Virus record (IMG/VR): IMGVR_UViG_3300032268_001483
Location: 53,130 to 117,129 of that record
DNA: 64,000 nt
DNA from: a virus
Strand: one strand, 5' to 3'
The position numbers were made by a program, and so were the translations under genes. Position 1 is the first letter of the stretch, and each line of letters begins with the position of its first letter. This document shows positions 47,001-56,112 of this stretch, one piece after another. The notes beneath the pieces were generated by a model, which saw only the letters and a program-made list of their open reading frames with translations, did no database searches and was not told where the DNA came from.

Positions 47001-49822
47001 ATACTTGTAAAATTATTATATGACCAAATTCCAACCGAACTTGTACTATTATATGTCACATAAATATCACCGTTTAGTTCTGAAAACTCAATACTATTGG
47101 CTGTTCCAGTTAGTAACATTTGGTGCACAACTCTGTTTATTATTGGATCTACAACATTAATTTTTGATGATGACAGACAATATAAATAATTATTATAGGT
47201 ATTATATTTCATCATTATTTGTGTACCTGTGACTGATCCTGTTAGTGATATTGTTTGTACTAAATTTGCATTCTCTGCGTCATAGACACTGAGGTTATTA
47301 CCCAGAACATATATCCCACTAGATATCTGTAGATAAACTATATCTATTAAATCTGTATTATTTGGTACGTTATAATTCGTTGTGGTGTAAATATTCGGTG
47401 AGAAACTATACAAACTAAATGATTGTGTGAATTGTTGTAAATTGAAGTTACCACCACCTGAATATGTTGCTACGACTGGTGGTAAACAACCCGTTGCCCC
47501 AAATCCTGAATTAAAAGCAACTGATACATATGGTGACACATCACAGAATGGATCTGTGGTACCCCAAAATGGACCCTGATAACTCAAAACTAAATCTGTT
47601 GGTCCTAAGTATAAAATATTATATTCTTGATTATCATATGGATAAATTGTATTATTAATTGTCACAATTTGTCCGGTAGCAAATGGTTGAGATTCGAAAG
47701 AAAAGGTTGTTGTATCGGGTAATATTATAGAATTTGATGTCATTAATGCACCAAATCTCCCCTTTATTTTATTTTTTATTTTATAATATTCTGAACCTGG
47801 TAGATTAGCCTTACCCACTCTAATATCATATTCTAATCTCTGTGTTTGCTTCTTTATCCTAAATATAAGGCTGGCATTAATATTTTCTACATAAATACCA
47901 TAATCGTCTAATTCACCTGAATAGTTATCAACCCATTCTGATAAGGCCGTAATAATATCCGGTATTCCTGATGTGACTACAACACTTTGTCCGTAACTTC
48001 TACCGTTAATATTTATCTCTAAATAATTACTCATATCGTAAAAGATAACATCTGAATGTTCAATATAAAAATCAGCAGTAGAACCTACCCTTACGTCGAA
48101 TTGCAAAGGAACATTTGGATATTCAGTTTTTAATTTGATTGAATTATCATAAATTGGATTAGAACCACCTACATACTGTAAACTAGCAAATATACCCAAT
48201 GTTGCCAATTCGGCATAGTGGGCTACTAACCAATTTTTAAGAGTTCTGTCGATTGTTCTATCCATATCAACATTAATTCCGACATAAATAAAGTCAATTT
48301 GCTCATTATATTCTTGACCACCAATTCTTATTTTTATACCGAACTCATCCAAATCCGTAAATACTATATTATAAAGGAAGTTTTCGCAAATATCTTGATT
48401 TACCTCTGGTGATAAAATTTCCTCTACACCAACATTTTGTTCATAAATCTGACTCCTACTCGTATAATCAATTAAAGAGTTAGATTGTGTAAACAGAAAA
48501 TATTTAACTTGAGCATACTCTTCCGGGTATAACAAATCAGCATGTAGTGAGAAATTCTCATAATATAAATCGACATTGAAAACACTAAAATCATTTTTAT
48601 ATCTTTCTGCTGCCGAAGCTAATGTAGTAACACTACTAGCTGTATAATTAAATGTATAATAAAATTTATTAGTTGTTAACCTTACCTCAGTAGAAAAAAA
48701 AGTTTCTGTCACCACTGCCGTAGTTAATGGTAAATAGGTTGCTTTAATCCAATAAGAATTATCATTCGGGTCTATAGATGAAGTTGCTGACCAGGTATAT
48801 GCCTGAATACATTCGTAGACTAAGTTGTTAAATATTGTAAGTGACTGTAGTGGATAATATTGTAAATTGGAATTACCTATAAATTGAGATATCGAGTCGA
48901 CTACTAAGAAATTAGTATTTTGTGTTGAAAGTGGTAAGACAAATTGGATACCAGGCTTAAGAGAGTTTGGAGCTTCTCCACCTGTAAATTTGATTATACT
49001 ACCTGATAAATCCAACCCACCGACATAAACTATTGGTACATCTGTCTTTAGAGTTAACTCAATTAATAAGTTTTGACTTTGAGTTAAATTCAGAGTAGAA
49101 ATTTCATACTTATAATATACTTTATCGAATAACTGAACATTATCAACTGTATAAACACCATCATTTTTTTCTGTATTTATTACAGTAATCTTTTTACCAA
49201 TAAAGTATTTCGAATAAAAATCTGGCTCGCTCCAAGACGATAAATTATCTCTTAATTGACTATCTATATAATTATATACACCAATAGAATTCAATCCACT
49301 AATTGTTGTATTTACATAAGAAGAAGTTAATGAACTTGGTAACCCAAATTGACTATCGAAATCTTCATTACTTAAATTACTGATTATCAATATTGCATTC
49401 TTTCTAGTTGAAACAACAGTATAGGAACGATTTGGATTACTGAATTCAAAAATCGGACTATCAAATAAAATTTCGGTACCTATTGGGAATTTTTTTTCGA
49501 AATCAAACCCATAAATCCACTTTGAATAAAAGTTTGGATCTGTATTTGATGGTTGAATAGAACTGACTGATTCATTGGTATAAGTATTACCTGAATATCT
49601 GAACCTATACTCATTGAAGAGTTGAAATTTTTCAAGTTGAAGTACACCTGGTGCTTCAAACTCAAATGAAGGTATCTTTTCAAAAGTGTAAATCCCGATT
49701 GTTTTGAAGGTATCATCACTATTTTCATGAAATATTAAACTACCTTCCCATCTTTCCTGGTCTGGTCTCCATCTGAAATTTAGATTATCTCCTTCTTTAT
49801 TAAAGAATAACAAAGATTGCAT
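44081..49822 (-). CDS. Large baseplate-wedge-like structural protein with a beta-propeller-like region
   Basis: 1913 aa; KRKEL..DIFPYVGSYKAIINAINFFGY (gp7/gpI-like); repeated xYNxxNxxxYV segments suggest a propeller. Confidence 0.6.
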   Translation of the reverse strand: MQSLLFFNKEGDNLNFRWRPDQERWEGSLIFHENSDDTFKTIGIYTFEKIPSFEFEAPGVLQLEKFQLFNEYRFRYSGNTYTNESVSSIQPSNTDPNFYSKWIYGFDFEKKFPIGTEILFDSPIFEFSNPNRSYTVVSTRKNAILIISNLSNEDFDSQFGLPSSLTSSYVNTTISGLNSIGVYNYIDSQLRDNLSSWSEPDFYSKYFIGKKITVINTEKNDGVYTVDNVQLFDKVYYKYEISTLNLTQSQNLLIELTLKTDVPIVYVGGLDLSGSIIKFTGGEAPNSLKPGIQFVLPLSTQNTNFLVVDSISQFIGNSNLQYYPLQSLTIFNNLVYECIQAYTWSATSSIDPNDNSYWIKATYLPLTTAVVTETFFSTEVRLTTNKFYYTFNYTASSVTTLASAAERYKNDFSVFNVDLYYENFSLHADLLYPEEYAQVKYFLFTQSNSLIDYTSRSQIYEQNVGVEEILSPEVNQDICENFLYNIVFTDLDEFGIKIRIGGQEYNEQIDFIYVGINVDMDRTIDRTLKNWLVAHYAELATLGIFASLQYVGGSNPIYDNSIKLKTEYPNVPLQFDVRVGSTADFYIEHSDVIFYDMSNYLEININGRSYGQSVVVTSGIPDIITALSEWVDNYSGELDDYGIYVENINASLIFRIKKQTQRLEYDIRVGKANLPGSEYYKIKNKIKGRFGALMTSNSIILPDTTTFSFESQPFATGQIVTINNTIYPYDNQEYNILYLGPTDLVLSYQGPFWGTTDPFCDVSPYVSVAFNSGFGATGCLPPVVATYSGGGNFNLQQFTQSFSLYSFSPNIYTTTNYNVPNNTDLIDIVYLQISSGIYVLGNNLSVYDAENANLVQTISLTGSVTGTQIMMKYNTYNNYLYCLSSSKINVVDPIINRVVHQMLLTGTANSIEFSELNGDIYVTYNSTSSVGIWSYNNFTSIPTVSVNTTGNTLNMVYNKSENDVYITQADDYLIRIDSNSRAVVASYSVSGLYSEIFYEPINSSVYYFGATGLNNINNGNISSILGVGTSSFNNLIFNHIGGNLILSQFTSYSKISDTNILDFTSVIPEYGKLSINGWDGDVYLPSLNSPKFVVIDSTTGIVKSSKTVNSIITKLIFDPERNTMFGIQPNTNTLIEISVELGTSVVLNTQTYSILDQNQFGTLSPDYVPYTDIWLKTRQYLRKPRENYNNEPYVKYVWKWETDQYPEMFLFDFSGDQLPITGSYAYTGPKPLTTISLNKTPNKDIGKVSLPEFQQTIFSEVVTTLSHVDDENDLSVVPQPLQAFLGYNSQDEGFMSSALLFVKREEINFTINSNSSNSDILTFKFVESGGKFYGTISFDINSTSTFTNDNQGNPRGLKVGQIIKVFITDITNSKNKYISVNNGKQFRIREIRTRTLTVDFGDFLYEESTKINDYPKISQTTYLSVRFKVMDKTIGRFVISGQTEIEDIRYKIELNNVGQNIDPEDVYIFKPYDINEQGIDWTYLNKKRKELMMVRHDIFPYVGSYKAIINAINFFGYNDLELYEYYRNINLSSPDLGKLFKVEVPDIFDNTVEGWKENDFIRGTFPNANFENTNLFNLTYKITDKEGNNVLLYSLGEVIIKLEGLKYWLERKVIPITHQILDITGRADFVGNTDIVHRNYDTKILNIRQSMTPIDFNLTEAYLMPVNSGSTVYTCHIDFSNNKSTEVPDYFTINIRTYKTYMEWNPFTTYQIGDKVTYFEKLYISVISNNRIRNPRKYDNILGWSSEVDYTLGELVNYDRLIYQYIGTMSSFMVSGTNSNTLNPLLDINQNMSFASWTDMTEWKVFDLEPVQYLSEYRTATHSYNFTVDTNIDPFIVIEVTSDNGYGQIYTVKKNYEIRGLNDLFTGYEGDPIVPFSPIVQVSSPFVPRPTILTPTIGSTSPNLPNIGNLSGL

Positions 49823-49844
49823 TTATAAAATTGACAATTTTTAA

Positions 49845-49896
49845 TTATATATTAAATTCAGGAGTGGCACTACGATTTTTATTTTTTAATATATAG
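49845..49896. promoter_or_regulatory. Divergent late-promoter-like motifs (baseplate / tagged-protein cluster)
   Basis: TTTAATATATAA (minus) and TTTTTTAATATATAG (plus). Confidence 0.6.
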
Positions 49897-49917
49897 AATT
49901 AAATCTAAATTTTTAAT

Positions 49918-50499
49918 ATGAAATATCTTCAGCAATTTAATAACTTCACACCAATCAGTGAAAATCTAAAATATCATTTAGACAATAACCTTTCAATTTT
50001 AGAAAATGTTTTTAGACCCTATTCCGATTCTTTCTATAATTTATTAACAGAAGCAAGAAACCTATTCGATAACGGATTTGATAACTTCCCAGATTTAGAT
50101 AAAAACCTTTTTGAGAATACAGATTTTGGTAAATTTGCTCAATTCGAAGGTAAAATTGTTCCATTAGATTTACCAATTGAAAATATAGATTCTATATTGG
50201 AAGCAGAACATGCCGGAAAGAAAGTCAAACTAAACAAACCAATGAGAAGTAGTGGACCTAAAAAATATAAAGTCTATGTTAAAAATCCAAAAACAGATAA
50301 GGTTAAAGTTGTACATTTTGGTGATATTAAAGGAGGATTAACATCTAAGATGAATGATAAGGAAGCTAGAAAATCTTTTGTAGCACGTCATAAATGTGAT
50401 ATGAAAAAAGATAGAACTAAGGCTGGATATTGGTCTTGTAATTTACCTAGATACGCAAAGTATTTAGGATTAGCTGGTGGTGGTAATTTCTACTGGTAA
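49918..50499 (+). CDS. Putative internal head protein with basic DUF5754-like C-terminal domain
   Basis: MKYLQQFNNFTPISE; KKYKVYVKNPK..VHFGD..RKSFVARHKC..AGYWSC. Confidence 0.7.
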   Translation: MKYLQQFNNFTPISENLKYHLDNNLSILENVFRPYSDSFYNLLTEARNLFDNGFDNFPDLDKNLFENTDFGKFAQFEGKIVPLDLPIENIDSILEAEHAGKKVKLNKPMRSSGPKKYKVYVKNPKTDKVKVVHFGDIKGGLTSKMNDKEARKSFVARHKCDMKKDRTKAGYWSCNLPRYAKYLGLAGGGNFYW

Positions 50500-50515
50500 A
50501 ATTAAAATGTTAATA

Positions 50516-50929
50516 ATGAATTACCTTAAAACGTTTGAAAATTTCCAAGACGATATAATTAAAAGTACTGCTAACCAATTAGTAGAAACACTACATTGTG
50601 ATAGATTTGGTGCTTGTGTCCATTTTGCTGAAGAATTTGTCCTAAAAATCCATCAAATAAATCCAGAATTACTAAATCAATTTTTTGTAACAGAGAGGTT
50701 TGTTAATTGGTCTCACGGTGATGGAATTCCGCAACAACATACTTGGATTGAACTTCTAAATGGTGAAAAAATAGATCCTACCTATATCCAATTCACTAAG
50801 TATGGTACTGCGAGTTATTCAAGAAAGATTAAAAATAAATTCACTGGACTAGAATATTATAATGATACAATTGGTGGTACTTGGTTTTCAGATAGAAGAA
50901 AAAAATTTCCAGAAATGATTTACAAATGA
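50516..50929 (+). CDS. Papain/transglutaminase-like protein with capsid-targeting-like leader (start revised from 50477)
   Basis: MNYLKTFENF; putative triad GAC...HTW...IDPT. Confidence 0.6.
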   Translation: MNYLKTFENFQDDIIKSTANQLVETLHCDRFGACVHFAEEFVLKIHQINPELLNQFFVTERFVNWSHGDGIPQQHTWIELLNGEKIDPTYIQFTKYGTASYSRKIKNKFTGLEYYNDTIGGTWFSDRRKKFPEMIYK

Positions 50930-51510
50930 GATATATAAAACCTTTTAAAATATTCGAGTCTAGTACAAGTGAAAGATTATATCACGGTAATAGAAAAGGA
51001 GATTTTCCTCCAGAAAAGAGAAGATTTGCCGGTGCAATTTTTCTTACAAGTAATTTAGAATTTGCTAAAAACTTTGCAGGTTTTGACGAAAGAGAAGAAT
51101 TTCCAAACGGGTCGGTATGGGAAATACTTCTAAAGCCTAACTTAAGACTTTGTGATCCTATGAGTCAAGACACAATAAATAAATTAGATTTAATTTCTAC
51201 TTTACAAAAAATGATAGCTAGTAATTATGTAGATCCTACTAATGGAACAAAATTTTCAACTGTTCAAGTGGGATTAAGTGGATATAATCCAGAAACTAAT
51301 GAAAACTTCGAATTAAAGACACCAGATGAATCCGTATATCATTATTTGTGGAGAATTAAAAATGGTGCTTGGAGGATTATTGAATGTCAACCTATAATTG
51401 AACAAATAAAGTCAAATGGATATGATGGTTTCTATGTAATAGAGAGGGGTTCTAAAAATGTTGCAATTTTTAACGAGAATTCTATACAAAAATTTGAAAA
51501 AATTCTATGA
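50926..51510 (+). CDS. ADP-ribosyltransferase-like protein with capsid-targeting-like leader
   Basis: MRYIKPFKIFES; LYHGN, AIFLTSN..FAKNFA, GYDGFYVIE..NVAIF (ART/PolyVal-like pattern). Confidence 0.65.
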   Translation: MRYIKPFKIFESSTSERLYHGNRKGDFPPEKRRFAGAIFLTSNLEFAKNFAGFDEREEFPNGSVWEILLKPNLRLCDPMSQDTINKLDLISTLQKMIASNYVDPTNGTKFSTVQVGLSGYNPETNENFELKTPDESVYHYLWRIKNGAWRIIECQPIIEQIKSNGYDGFYVIERGSKNVAIFNENSIQKFEKIL

Positions 51511-51773
51511 TATTTCCATTCAAAGAGACTAAATTAGAGGATAATATTTTTATCAGAGAATTCAATCAACAAACCGACTCTTCAGAGATGGTTTGGCATA
51601 GAGATAACGAAGATAGAATAATAGAGTCTTTAGAAGAAACAGATTGGATGTTTCAATTAGATAATAAATTGCCACAAAAAATTAGTGGTGAAATATTTAT
51701 ACCAAAAGAAGTATATCATAGGTTAATTAAAGGGACTGGTGATTTGAAAATAAAATTAATTAAATTAGTATGA
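51507..51773 (+). CDS. Small cupin-like conserved phage protein
   Basis: WHRD...IFIPKEVYHRLIKG two-His cupin pattern. Confidence 0.6.
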   Translation: MIFPFKETKLEDNIFIREFNQQTDSSEMVWHRDNEDRIIESLEETDWMFQLDNKLPQKISGEIFIPKEVYHRLIKGTGDLKIKLIKLV

Positions 51774-52180
51774 AGTACATAAAATTATTTGAAAATTTTT
51801 TTAGTAAAATTGATTTCGGAAATCAATTATGGGTAGAGGCTGATTGGTACAGTTGGGATGATTTAATATGGAATGAACAATCAGAAGAACTGGAACAACA
51901 TGAAATTACTCAAATTTTGGATAAGTTCAAATCAGATAAAGACTTCAGAATTAAAGAATACAGAGTCGTAAAAAGAATACATAGAGATGACTTTAATTCT
52001 TGCCTTAGTATTGATAATGGGAATCATCCAACAGCAACAGTATTGATTTTTAAGTTTAGAGATGATATGTGGTTGATAGAAATATTTGATTTTAAAACTC
52101 AAGACGATGCAAAATTTGCTTGTGATGGCACCGATGGATTATTATTATGGCTTGAAGAATGGGTGAAAAAATTAAGATAA
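51770..52180 (+). CDS. Hypothetical protein, putative internal head protein
   Basis: MKYIKLFENF. Confidence 0.7.
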   Translation: MKYIKLFENFFSKIDFGNQLWVEADWYSWDDLIWNEQSEELEQHEITQILDKFKSDKDFRIKEYRVVKRIHRDDFNSCLSIDNGNHPTATVLIFKFRDDMWLIEIFDFKTQDDAKFACDGTDGLLLWLEEWVKKLR

Positions 52181-52221
52181 TTAATTTAATATATAGATAA
52201 TAAATTTTAATCATTTACTAT

Positions 52222-52446
52222 ATGGATTTAATGACATTTGAAAGCTTCCACTTTAATTTTGATTCTTATCAAGAATACATTATCGTGGAAAAAAACATAC
52301 CAACTAACTCCGAATTATGGAGTGCTTGTAAATCTTGGGCTAAATCAAAATACGATGTTTGGCCTTCTGCTTATGCTTGTGGAGCTGCAGCAAAAAGATA
52401 TAAAAGTAAAGGCGGTAAATGGAAAAAGAAAAAAAAATCTAAATAA
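52222..52446 (+). CDS. Small basic protein (DUF5872-like) with tag-like leader
   Basis: MDLMTFESF; PTN.ELW..K..AKSKYDVWPSAYA..YKSKGGKW. Confidence 0.7.
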   Translation: MDLMTFESFHFNFDSYQEYIIVEKNIPTNSELWSACKSWAKSKYDVWPSAYACGAAAKRYKSKGGKWKKKKKSK

Positions 52447-52448
52447 CT

Positions 52449-52754
52449 ATGGAACGTTTACTCAACTTCGAGGAATTTCTTTTAGAAGAAAAAAAGGCTT
52501 ATGCTGATACCAAAGGTGGTTTAGATAAATGGTTTAAAGAAAAATGGGTTGATATATCCAAAACTAATGCTGACGGGTCACATCCACCCTGTGGTAGAGA
52601 TGATGCGAGTAAAGGTAGTTACCCAAAATGTAGAAAAGTTAGAGTGGCTGCAAAAATGACTAAAAAAGAAAAGAAAGCTTCTGTTCAAAGAAAAAGAAAG
52701 GCTGAAGATAAGGGTTCGAAAGGTAGTGGTAGAAAGCCAAATTATGCAAAATAA
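52449..52754 (+). CDS. Small basic Cys-containing protein with tag-like leader
   Basis: MERLLNFEEFLLEE; GGLDKWFKEKWVDI..PCGR..YPKCR. Confidence 0.7.
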   Translation: MERLLNFEEFLLEEKKAYADTKGGLDKWFKEKWVDISKTNADGSHPPCGRDDASKGSYPKCRKVRVAAKMTKKEKKASVQRKRKAEDKGSKGSGRKPNYAK

Positions 52755-52755
52755 A

Positions 52756-52787
52756 ATAAAAAGCCTATTATTCAGATAGGCTTTTAT
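52756..52787. terminator. Bidirectional terminator-like hairpin
   Basis: AAAAGCCTAT-tattcag-ATAGGCTTTT at a convergent junction. Confidence 0.65.
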
Positions 52788-53898
52788 AATTTTGATTATA
52801 AATTTGGGTAATTTGTTCAAATTCCGATATAACTCCGAATTTTATTTTTTCTGAATTATATTTTTGATTAGTAATATAATCTTTTATTATATCTGTATAT
52901 TCTAATTGAAGAGAAGGTATTACACCACTTTCTAATTCTTCAGTTGATATCTCATCTATGATAGACTTTTCTTCACCCCGCTTCTCAACAATATCATCTA
53001 AATACTCAACAGAGGCAAAATTACCACTCTCCAACATCATTTCCAATTTTCGCCTTAACTTTCTATTATTGATTAATAGTGAATTTGAGATATAAAGATC
53101 TATATAATCTTTTGTTGATACTGAATCAAGAGAAAGGATATCTTCTTCAGTTCTAACCCAAACTTTCTTAAATCTTGGAGAAATTTTGTTTTCTATGAAT
53201 TCATGACTACCAGTTATTGTATCTAAGATATAAATACCCTTTTGATTGCCTAAGTCATTTCTATCCATCTCAAATGGATTACCAACATAAGTAAAATTTT
53301 TCGTATTCTGTACAATATGCAAATGACCAGAATAAACATTTCTATATCCACTAAATTCCTCAATATCAATTTTATCACTATTTTTATGGGCTACTGATGA
53401 TAGATGCATTTTTGCACCATTCAAATCAGAATGACAAAATAAGTAATCAGTACCAGAATATTTTTTAAGAATTTCTATCTGAGATTTTTTCTTTTCAACC
53501 CAAGGTAACATTAAAATAGATTTCCCATTAAATTCTATTTTTTGCGGCTCTTCATAAACAGAAATATTTGGAATATACTTATATAACTTTACAGTATTTA
53601 CATCATTGGTGGCTTTATTATAGAGGTCGTGATTACCAATGATGATGTGAACAGGACATATTTTAGCCATTTTTTCTAATACATTTTGAGCAAAGTTTAG
53701 AATGTTGATTTGTACTACTGAACGATTATCAAAAAGATCACCCAAATGAACTATTATATCATTTTCAGTTAATTCTTTTTTAATCAATGGTAGGAAAAAA
53801 TCTTGAAAATATTCTTGGTGTATTTTAAACCATTTTTCACTTGAGTTGGGAAAACCTAAGCCAAGGTGCGTATCACTTATTAATAATATTTTAGACAT
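52768..53898 (-). CDS. Recombination nuclease, SbcD/Mre11/T4 gp47-like metallophosphoesterase
   Basis: DTHLG, GDLFD, GNHD, SGHLH motifs. Confidence 0.88.
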   Translation of the reverse strand: MSKILLISDTHLGLGFPNSSEKWFKIHQEYFQDFFLPLIKKELTENDIIVHLGDLFDNRSVVQINILNFAQNVLEKMAKICPVHIIIGNHDLYNKATNDVNTVKLYKYIPNISVYEEPQKIEFNGKSILMLPWVEKKKSQIEILKKYSGTDYLFCHSDLNGAKMHLSSVAHKNSDKIDIEEFSGYRNVYSGHLHIVQNTKNFTYVGNPFEMDRNDLGNQKGIYILDTITGSHEFIENKISPRFKKVWVRTEEDILSLDSVSTKDYIDLYISNSLLINNRKLRRKLEMMLESGNFASVEYLDDIVEKRGEEKSIIDEISTEELESGVIPSLQLEYTDIIKDYITNQKYNSEKIKFGVISEFEQITQIYNQNYKSLSE

Positions 53899-53941
53899 TC
53901 ATGTAATTTATTTTAAAATTATATGAATTTTTATAAGTAAG

Positions 53942-54316
53942 TTACCCTAATACCTTCTTAAATTTTTCAGGAGCACTCCCCAAATCTAAAATTCTTGCTT
54001 TTACTTGCACACCATCTCTTAGAGCCTTAACAACTCTGTGTTGTCCATCTAATATTGATGTATATTCACCTCTTTTTGATAGAAGTATTATTGGATGTTT
54101 CAAATCTGATGCATCAACTCTTTCTGGGTCTCTTTCGACATCAATTAAAAGATGTTCTATGTCTTCTGGATTCAACTCTATAATGTTGTCTAAATAATTT
54201 AAGATATCAGTTAAAGTAACTCTAACTGGTTTATTTTTGATTTCTACTTCCCAATAAGTTTCCTCTCCGGTTCCCTCAGGTTGTTCGAAGTTTTCGAATA
54301 GTTTTATGTACTTCAT
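53942..54316 (-). CDS. ParB/sulfiredoxin-like N-terminal domain protein with capsid-targeting-like leader
   Basis: MKYIKLFENFE; HPIIL...ILDGQHRVVKA. Confidence 0.75.
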   Translation of the reverse strand: MKYIKLFENFEQPEGTGEETYWEVEIKNKPVRVTLTDILNYLDNIIELNPEDIEHLLIDVERDPERVDASDLKHPIILLSKRGEYTSILDGQHRVVKALRDGVQVKARILDLGSAPEKFKKVLG

Positions 54317-54655
54317 TTATTTGAAATCAAATTTATCTTGATAATACTTTCTTAAGAATACTTCTAATTTAGCACATTTCTTTTCAATGTCTAATCTTAT
54401 TTTATTATAACCATTTTCACTTAGGGGATCGTCGAAAATGTTTTTTAAAGCCTTGACCTCTAAATCACAAATCATATTTTTATTCTTATCCTTTACTTTA
54501 GCCTTATTCATCTCTAACCACTCATCAATTAATTTATCTTCACACTCCAATTCACCTTGTAGATAAAGTGGTATTATAAACGAAGCATACTTCTTGATTA
54601 TACTTGGATCCGGAAAGAAATTTTTCTTTTCATTTATCTGACTAAACTTTAACAT
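54317..54655 (-). CDS. Hypothetical protein
   Basis: MLKFSQINE leader; late-like promoter upstream. Confidence 0.65.
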   Translation of the reverse strand: MLKFSQINEKKNFFPDPSIIKKYASFIIPLYLQGELECEDKLIDEWLEMNKAKVKDKNKNMICDLEVKALKNIFDDPLSENGYNKIRLDIEKKCAKLEVFLRKYYQDKFDFK

Positions 54656-54763
54656 ATCACTCTTTATGTTTTTTATTATATATTAAATCTTACCATTATT
54701 TTTTTACATCTACATACCTTCTTTTTTTATATATAATTTATATATAAAAAAATCCAAATAAAA

Positions 54764-55978
54764 ATGTACAATGAAAAATTAATATCCACAATCAAAAGAT
54801 CTTCAAAACAAGATCGCTTTGTGGGACACGACTATTATTTGATGGACGAACTCCTTACAGATGAACAAAGGATGGCTCGCGATGCCGTTCGAGACTGGGT
54901 TAAACAAGAAGTATCACCAATCATCGAAGATTGCTATGAAAGAGCTATTTATCCTAAAAATCTAATTGTGGGATTAGCAGAATTAGGAGCATTCGGTCCT
55001 AGTCTTCCCCAAAAGTATGGATGTGCTGGTACTGATGAAACAACTTATGGATTAATGATGCAAGAATTAGAAAGAGGGGATTCCGGAATTCGTTCTGCAG
55101 CTTCTGTACAAGGTTCCCTTGTTATGTATCCAATCTATAAATATGGCACCGAAGAACAAAGGGAAAAATATTTGCCAAAACTCGCTAAAGGAGAATTTAT
55201 TGGATGTTTTGGACTCACAGAACCTAACCATGGTTCAGATCCAAGTTCTATGCTTACTAACATAAAATCTGATGGTGATGATTATATTTTAAATGGTTCA
55301 AAAATGTGGATTACTAATTCACCTATCGCAGATGTTGCAGTTGTATGGGCTAAAGATGAAAATGGGGATATACGAGGGATAATAGTTGATATGGATCTGG
55401 AGGGTGTATCAGCCCCCGAAATTACCGGAAAACTTTCTTTGAGAGCTTCTATTACTGGGGAATTAGTCTTTGAAAACGTTAGAGTTTCAAAAAAACAGAT
55501 ACTTAATGTAACTGGATTGAAGGGTCCACTTTCCTGTTTAACAAAGGCTCGTTATGGGATTGCTTGGGGAGCAATTGGTGCTGCAATGGATTGCTATGAC
55601 TCTGCACTGAGATATTCATTAGAACGTGAACAATTTGGAAAACCACTAGCTGGATTTCAATTAACTCAGAAAAAACTAGCAGAAATGATTACTGAAATTA
55701 CTAAGGCTCAACTACTAACCTGGAGATTAGGCAAATTGATGGATGATGGAAAAGTCACACCTGCCCAAGTTTCTATGGCAAAACGTAATAATGTTCATAT
55801 GGCACTTACAATTGCCAGAGAATCTAGACAAATTCTTGGTGGCATGGGTATTACAAATGAATATCCTATCATGAGACATATGATGAATTTAGAAACAGTC
55901 TTGACATATGAGGGTACACACGATATACATTTATTGATAACTGGAATGGATGTTACCGGAATTAATGCTTTTAAATGA
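54764..55978 (+). CDS. Acyl-CoA dehydrogenase, glutaryl-CoA dehydrogenase-like
   Basis: ELERGDSGIRS..SVQGSL, GCFGLTEPNHGSDP, LNGSKMWITN, QFGKPL, ILGGMGI..EY, TYEGT. Confidence 0.92.
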   Translation: MYNEKLISTIKRSSKQDRFVGHDYYLMDELLTDEQRMARDAVRDWVKQEVSPIIEDCYERAIYPKNLIVGLAELGAFGPSLPQKYGCAGTDETTYGLMMQELERGDSGIRSAASVQGSLVMYPIYKYGTEEQREKYLPKLAKGEFIGCFGLTEPNHGSDPSSMLTNIKSDGDDYILNGSKMWITNSPIADVAVVWAKDENGDIRGIIVDMDLEGVSAPEITGKLSLRASITGELVFENVRVSKKQILNVTGLKGPLSCLTKARYGIAWGAIGAAMDCYDSALRYSLEREQFGKPLAGFQLTQKKLAEMITEITKAQLLTWRLGKLMDDGKVTPAQVSMAKRNNVHMALTIARESRQILGGMGITNEYPIMRHMMNLETVLTYEGTHDIHLLITGMDVTGINAFK

Positions 55979-56002
55979 TTTTGAATAAAATCGATTTTAT
56001 AA

Positions 56003-56110
56003 CTTAATATATACATTATAAAATATTTTTTCTAGATAATAGAGACAAAAAAATATTTTATATATAAATTATAATTGATTTAAACAATTAATTAAAAAAT
56101 AATATAAATA
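56003..56110 (+). promoter_or_regulatory. Tandem late-promoter-like motifs ahead of the tail tube gene
   Basis: TTAATATATAC, TTTTATATATAAAT and an exact T4-type TATAAATA at 56103-56110. Confidence 0.55.
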
Positions 56111-56112
56111 AG

